Shown: positions 30,587 through 32,000 of the stretch, piece after piece
How positions within the stretch are numbered: the first letter of the stretch is position 1
How the letters are laid out: each line of letters starts with the position of its first letter
Assembly (NCBI RefSeq): GCF_000015225.1
Contig: NC_008698.1
Span: 1,650,001-1,682,000 of the forward strand
DNA length: 32,000 bases
Reading direction: 5' to 3'
Origin: Thermofilum pendens Hrk 5
GTDB lineage: Archaea > Thermoproteota > Thermoprotei > Thermofilales > Thermofilaceae
The notes under the pieces: generated by a model
Database searches by the model: none
What the model was told of the DNA's origin: nothing
What the model saw: only the letters and a program-made list of their open reading frames with translations
Made by a program: the position numbers and the translations under genes

Positions 30587-32000
30587 TCACTTCCCGGAGA
30601 GGTTCCTCGCCGCGCGCAGGAAGACTGCCTCGTAGCGGAGCACTAGCGATGCTAGGGGCTTTAGCGGTGTGCCGCGCAGGGCTTGCCCGAGGACTTCGAT
30701 ATCTCCCCCGTCGATGCAGCCGAAGAGGGGGGCGAGCGCCCCGTAGGCGAGGGCGTAGGCTGTAGCCGTCGCGGCTACGCGTAGGGCTGGGTGCACGTTG
30801 AGAAGCGCTAGGGGGGCTAGCGGGGCGAGCGCGGCTAGCGCCGCCGCGCATGTTCTGGTAGCGTGCAGGAAGTCTACCTCTGCCCCCACCCTGCGCGCTC
30901 TCCACACGCCGTATGCCGCCGAGGAGGCCGAGGAGGCTACGAGGGAGGCTACGAGCCCGTATAGCCCTAGCCTCTGCGTGAGGGGGGCGGCGAGCGGTAG
31001 GAGTACCGCGAGCCCGGCTAGCGAGGCTTCGAGGTTGGCCCTCGTGTCGCCTACCCCTTGGAAGAAGCTCGGCAGCGCCGCTGTCCCCAGCCCGGAGAGC
31101 AGGAGGGAGGCCGAGTACAGCGAGAGGTAGCCCGGCGCGAGCGCGTATTCCCGGCCGTAAACGAGGGCGACGAGGTCCCGGGACTCTACTGCCGCGTAGA
31201 CCCCGGCTGGGACGAGGATTAGCCCGGTGTAGCGCGCGGCGTAGCGGAAGAACCTCCCGGAGTCATCGCCGCTGAGCCTCGAGAACGCCGGGAGGAGGGA
31301 GAGGGAGATGGGGGCTACGAGTAGCTGGATGAGGGCGGCGAAGTTCATCGCTACCTTGAAGTTCCCCACCTCTACGTCCGTCGCGAACCAGGCGGCTACG
31401 GAGTTCTGGTATATCCCCGAGAGGGTTCCCAGGACGCTCGACGCGTACAGCGGTAGCCCGTAGCCCAGCAGGGGTTTCAGCTCGCCGGCGGGGGCTAGCG
31501 GGAGGCGGCCGAGCCTCCTGTAGAGAGCGGCGAGCCCCGAGGCGGCGGCTAAGGCGTAGCCTGCGACTAGCCCCGCGACCGCCCCAGGTACTCCGTAGGC
31601 CGCCGCGAGGGCTAGGGAGAGAACGCTCCTCGAAAGGTCGCGTATCACTGGTAGGGCCGCTAGGGACGCGGTGTCCCCCAGGCCTAGCAACGCGAAATAC
31701 GAGAAGTTCAGGGCGGAGTTGAGGAAGACTGTGGGTAGGGCTAGGAGGGTGAGCTGGACCATCTCGGCCCTGTTGAGCAGGAGGAGGGTGAGCCTCTCCG
31801 AGAGCAGCGCGCCTAGCGCCGTCGACACTAGCGCCGACGCCAGGGTGAAGGCGAGAGCAAGCCCTACGAGCCCCGCTACTCCCTCGCGGCCCCTGCGGGA
31901 TGCTTCGCGCGCGACGGCCGCCGATACTCCGAAGTCCGTGAATATGGAGAGCAGGGAGGCGACCGTAGTCGCGAGGGCGTACTTTCCGTAGCCCTCTGGC
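30587..32000 (-). CDS. MOP/Wzx-family polysaccharide flippase (Polysacc_synt-like), 5' end beyond the window
   Basis: The frame stays open to the window edge. My translation of 31829-31999 gives PEGYGKYALATTVASLLSIFTDFGVSAAVAREASR, a typical flippase N-terminal region. The protein is polytopic throughout (12 or more hydrophobic segments), so the GTG at 31828 in the track is not the real start. Confidence 0.8.
   Translation of the reverse strand, partial: PEGYGKYALATTVASLLSIFTDFGVSAAVAREASRRGREGVAGLVGLALAFTLASALVSTALGALLSERLTLLLLNRAEMVQLTLLALPTVFLNSALNFSYFALLGLGDTASLAALPVIRDLSRSVLSLALAAAYGVPGAVAGLVAGYALAAASGLAALYRRLGRLPLAPAGELKPLLGYGLPLYASSVLGTLSGIYQNSVAAWFATDVEVGNFKVAMNFAALIQLLVAPISLSLLPAFSRLSGDDSGRFFRYAARYTGLILVPAGVYAAVESRDLVALVYGREYALAPGYLSLYSASLLLSGLGTAALPSFFQGVGDTRANLEASLAGLAVLLPLAAPLTQRLGLYGLVASLVASSASSAAYGVWRARRVGAEVDFLHATRTCAAALAALAPLAPLALLNVHPALRVAATATAYALAYGALAPLFGCIDGGDIEVLGQALRGTPLKPLASLVLRYEAVFLRAARNLSGK

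Noticed and set aside
30294-30905. 203-aa minus-strand ORF and 72-aa plus-strand ORF (30547-30765), Arg/Ala/Pro-rich
   Set aside because: Both overlap the flippase 3' region and the spacer out of frame. Their composition is typical of GC-rich shadow ORFs.
1-32000. Search for an integrase, transposase, IS ends, tRNA/rRNA genes or a CRISPR-cas locus that could explain the repeats
   Set aside because: No ORF in any frame shows integrase (R..HxxR..Y) or DDE/HUH transposase-like motifs. No terminal inverted repeats flank the duplicated segments, and no tRNA-like cloverleaf or rRNA-like sequence was seen in the short intergenic regions. The rearrangements therefore remain unexplained by a visible mobile-element gene.

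Overview
The window looks archaeal, probably from a hyperthermophilic crenarchaeon, though the genus cannot be determined from sequence alone. The signs are A/T-rich TATA-like boxes about 25-35 nt upstream of first-gene start codons (a leaderless layout), GGTGA/GGAGG-type SD motifs before internal genes, many GTG/TTG starts, and E/K/R/V/L-rich proteins. It is a densely packed cell-envelope glycan biosynthesis locus, and every confident gene except wecB is on the minus strand. In minus-strand transcription order (right to left) it contains: (1) a partial MOP/Wzx-type flippase; (2) an islet with a membrane-anchored protein of 18 uninterrupted heptads, coupled to a fused HEPN(HepT-like)-MNT(MntA-like) protein, followed by a toxin-like/DUF2283 pair; (3) two tiny membrane proteins; (4) a synthase-type exopolysaccharide module made of a C-terminally anchored glycoprotein, a processive GT2 with D/DxD/ED/QxxRW motifs, a secreted helical hydrolase-like protein and a polytopic GT-C-like protein; (5) a small orphan helical protein plus a GtrB/Dpm1-like GT2; (6) a sugar nucleotidyltransferase; (7) five tandem GT4 genes with strongly reduced, patchy GC; (8) GalU and a nucleotide-sugar dehydrogenase; (9) a 696-aa GT-C-like protein, a GT4 and an FkbM methyltransferase; (10) convergent wecB; (11) a 1293-aa pyrolysin-like subtilase. 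Gene calls alone do not explain two sets of same-orientation gene-fragment repeats that sit exactly at module junctions. A 143-bp promoter-plus-5'-end repeat (20821-20963 / 28414-28557) brackets a 7.45-kb cassette carrying the EPS module and the TA pair. A 248-bp chimera of the wecB 3' end fused to the dehydrogenase 3' end (12338-12585) sits at the edge of the low-GC GT4 block. I found no rRNA, tRNA, CRISPR array, integrase or transposase.
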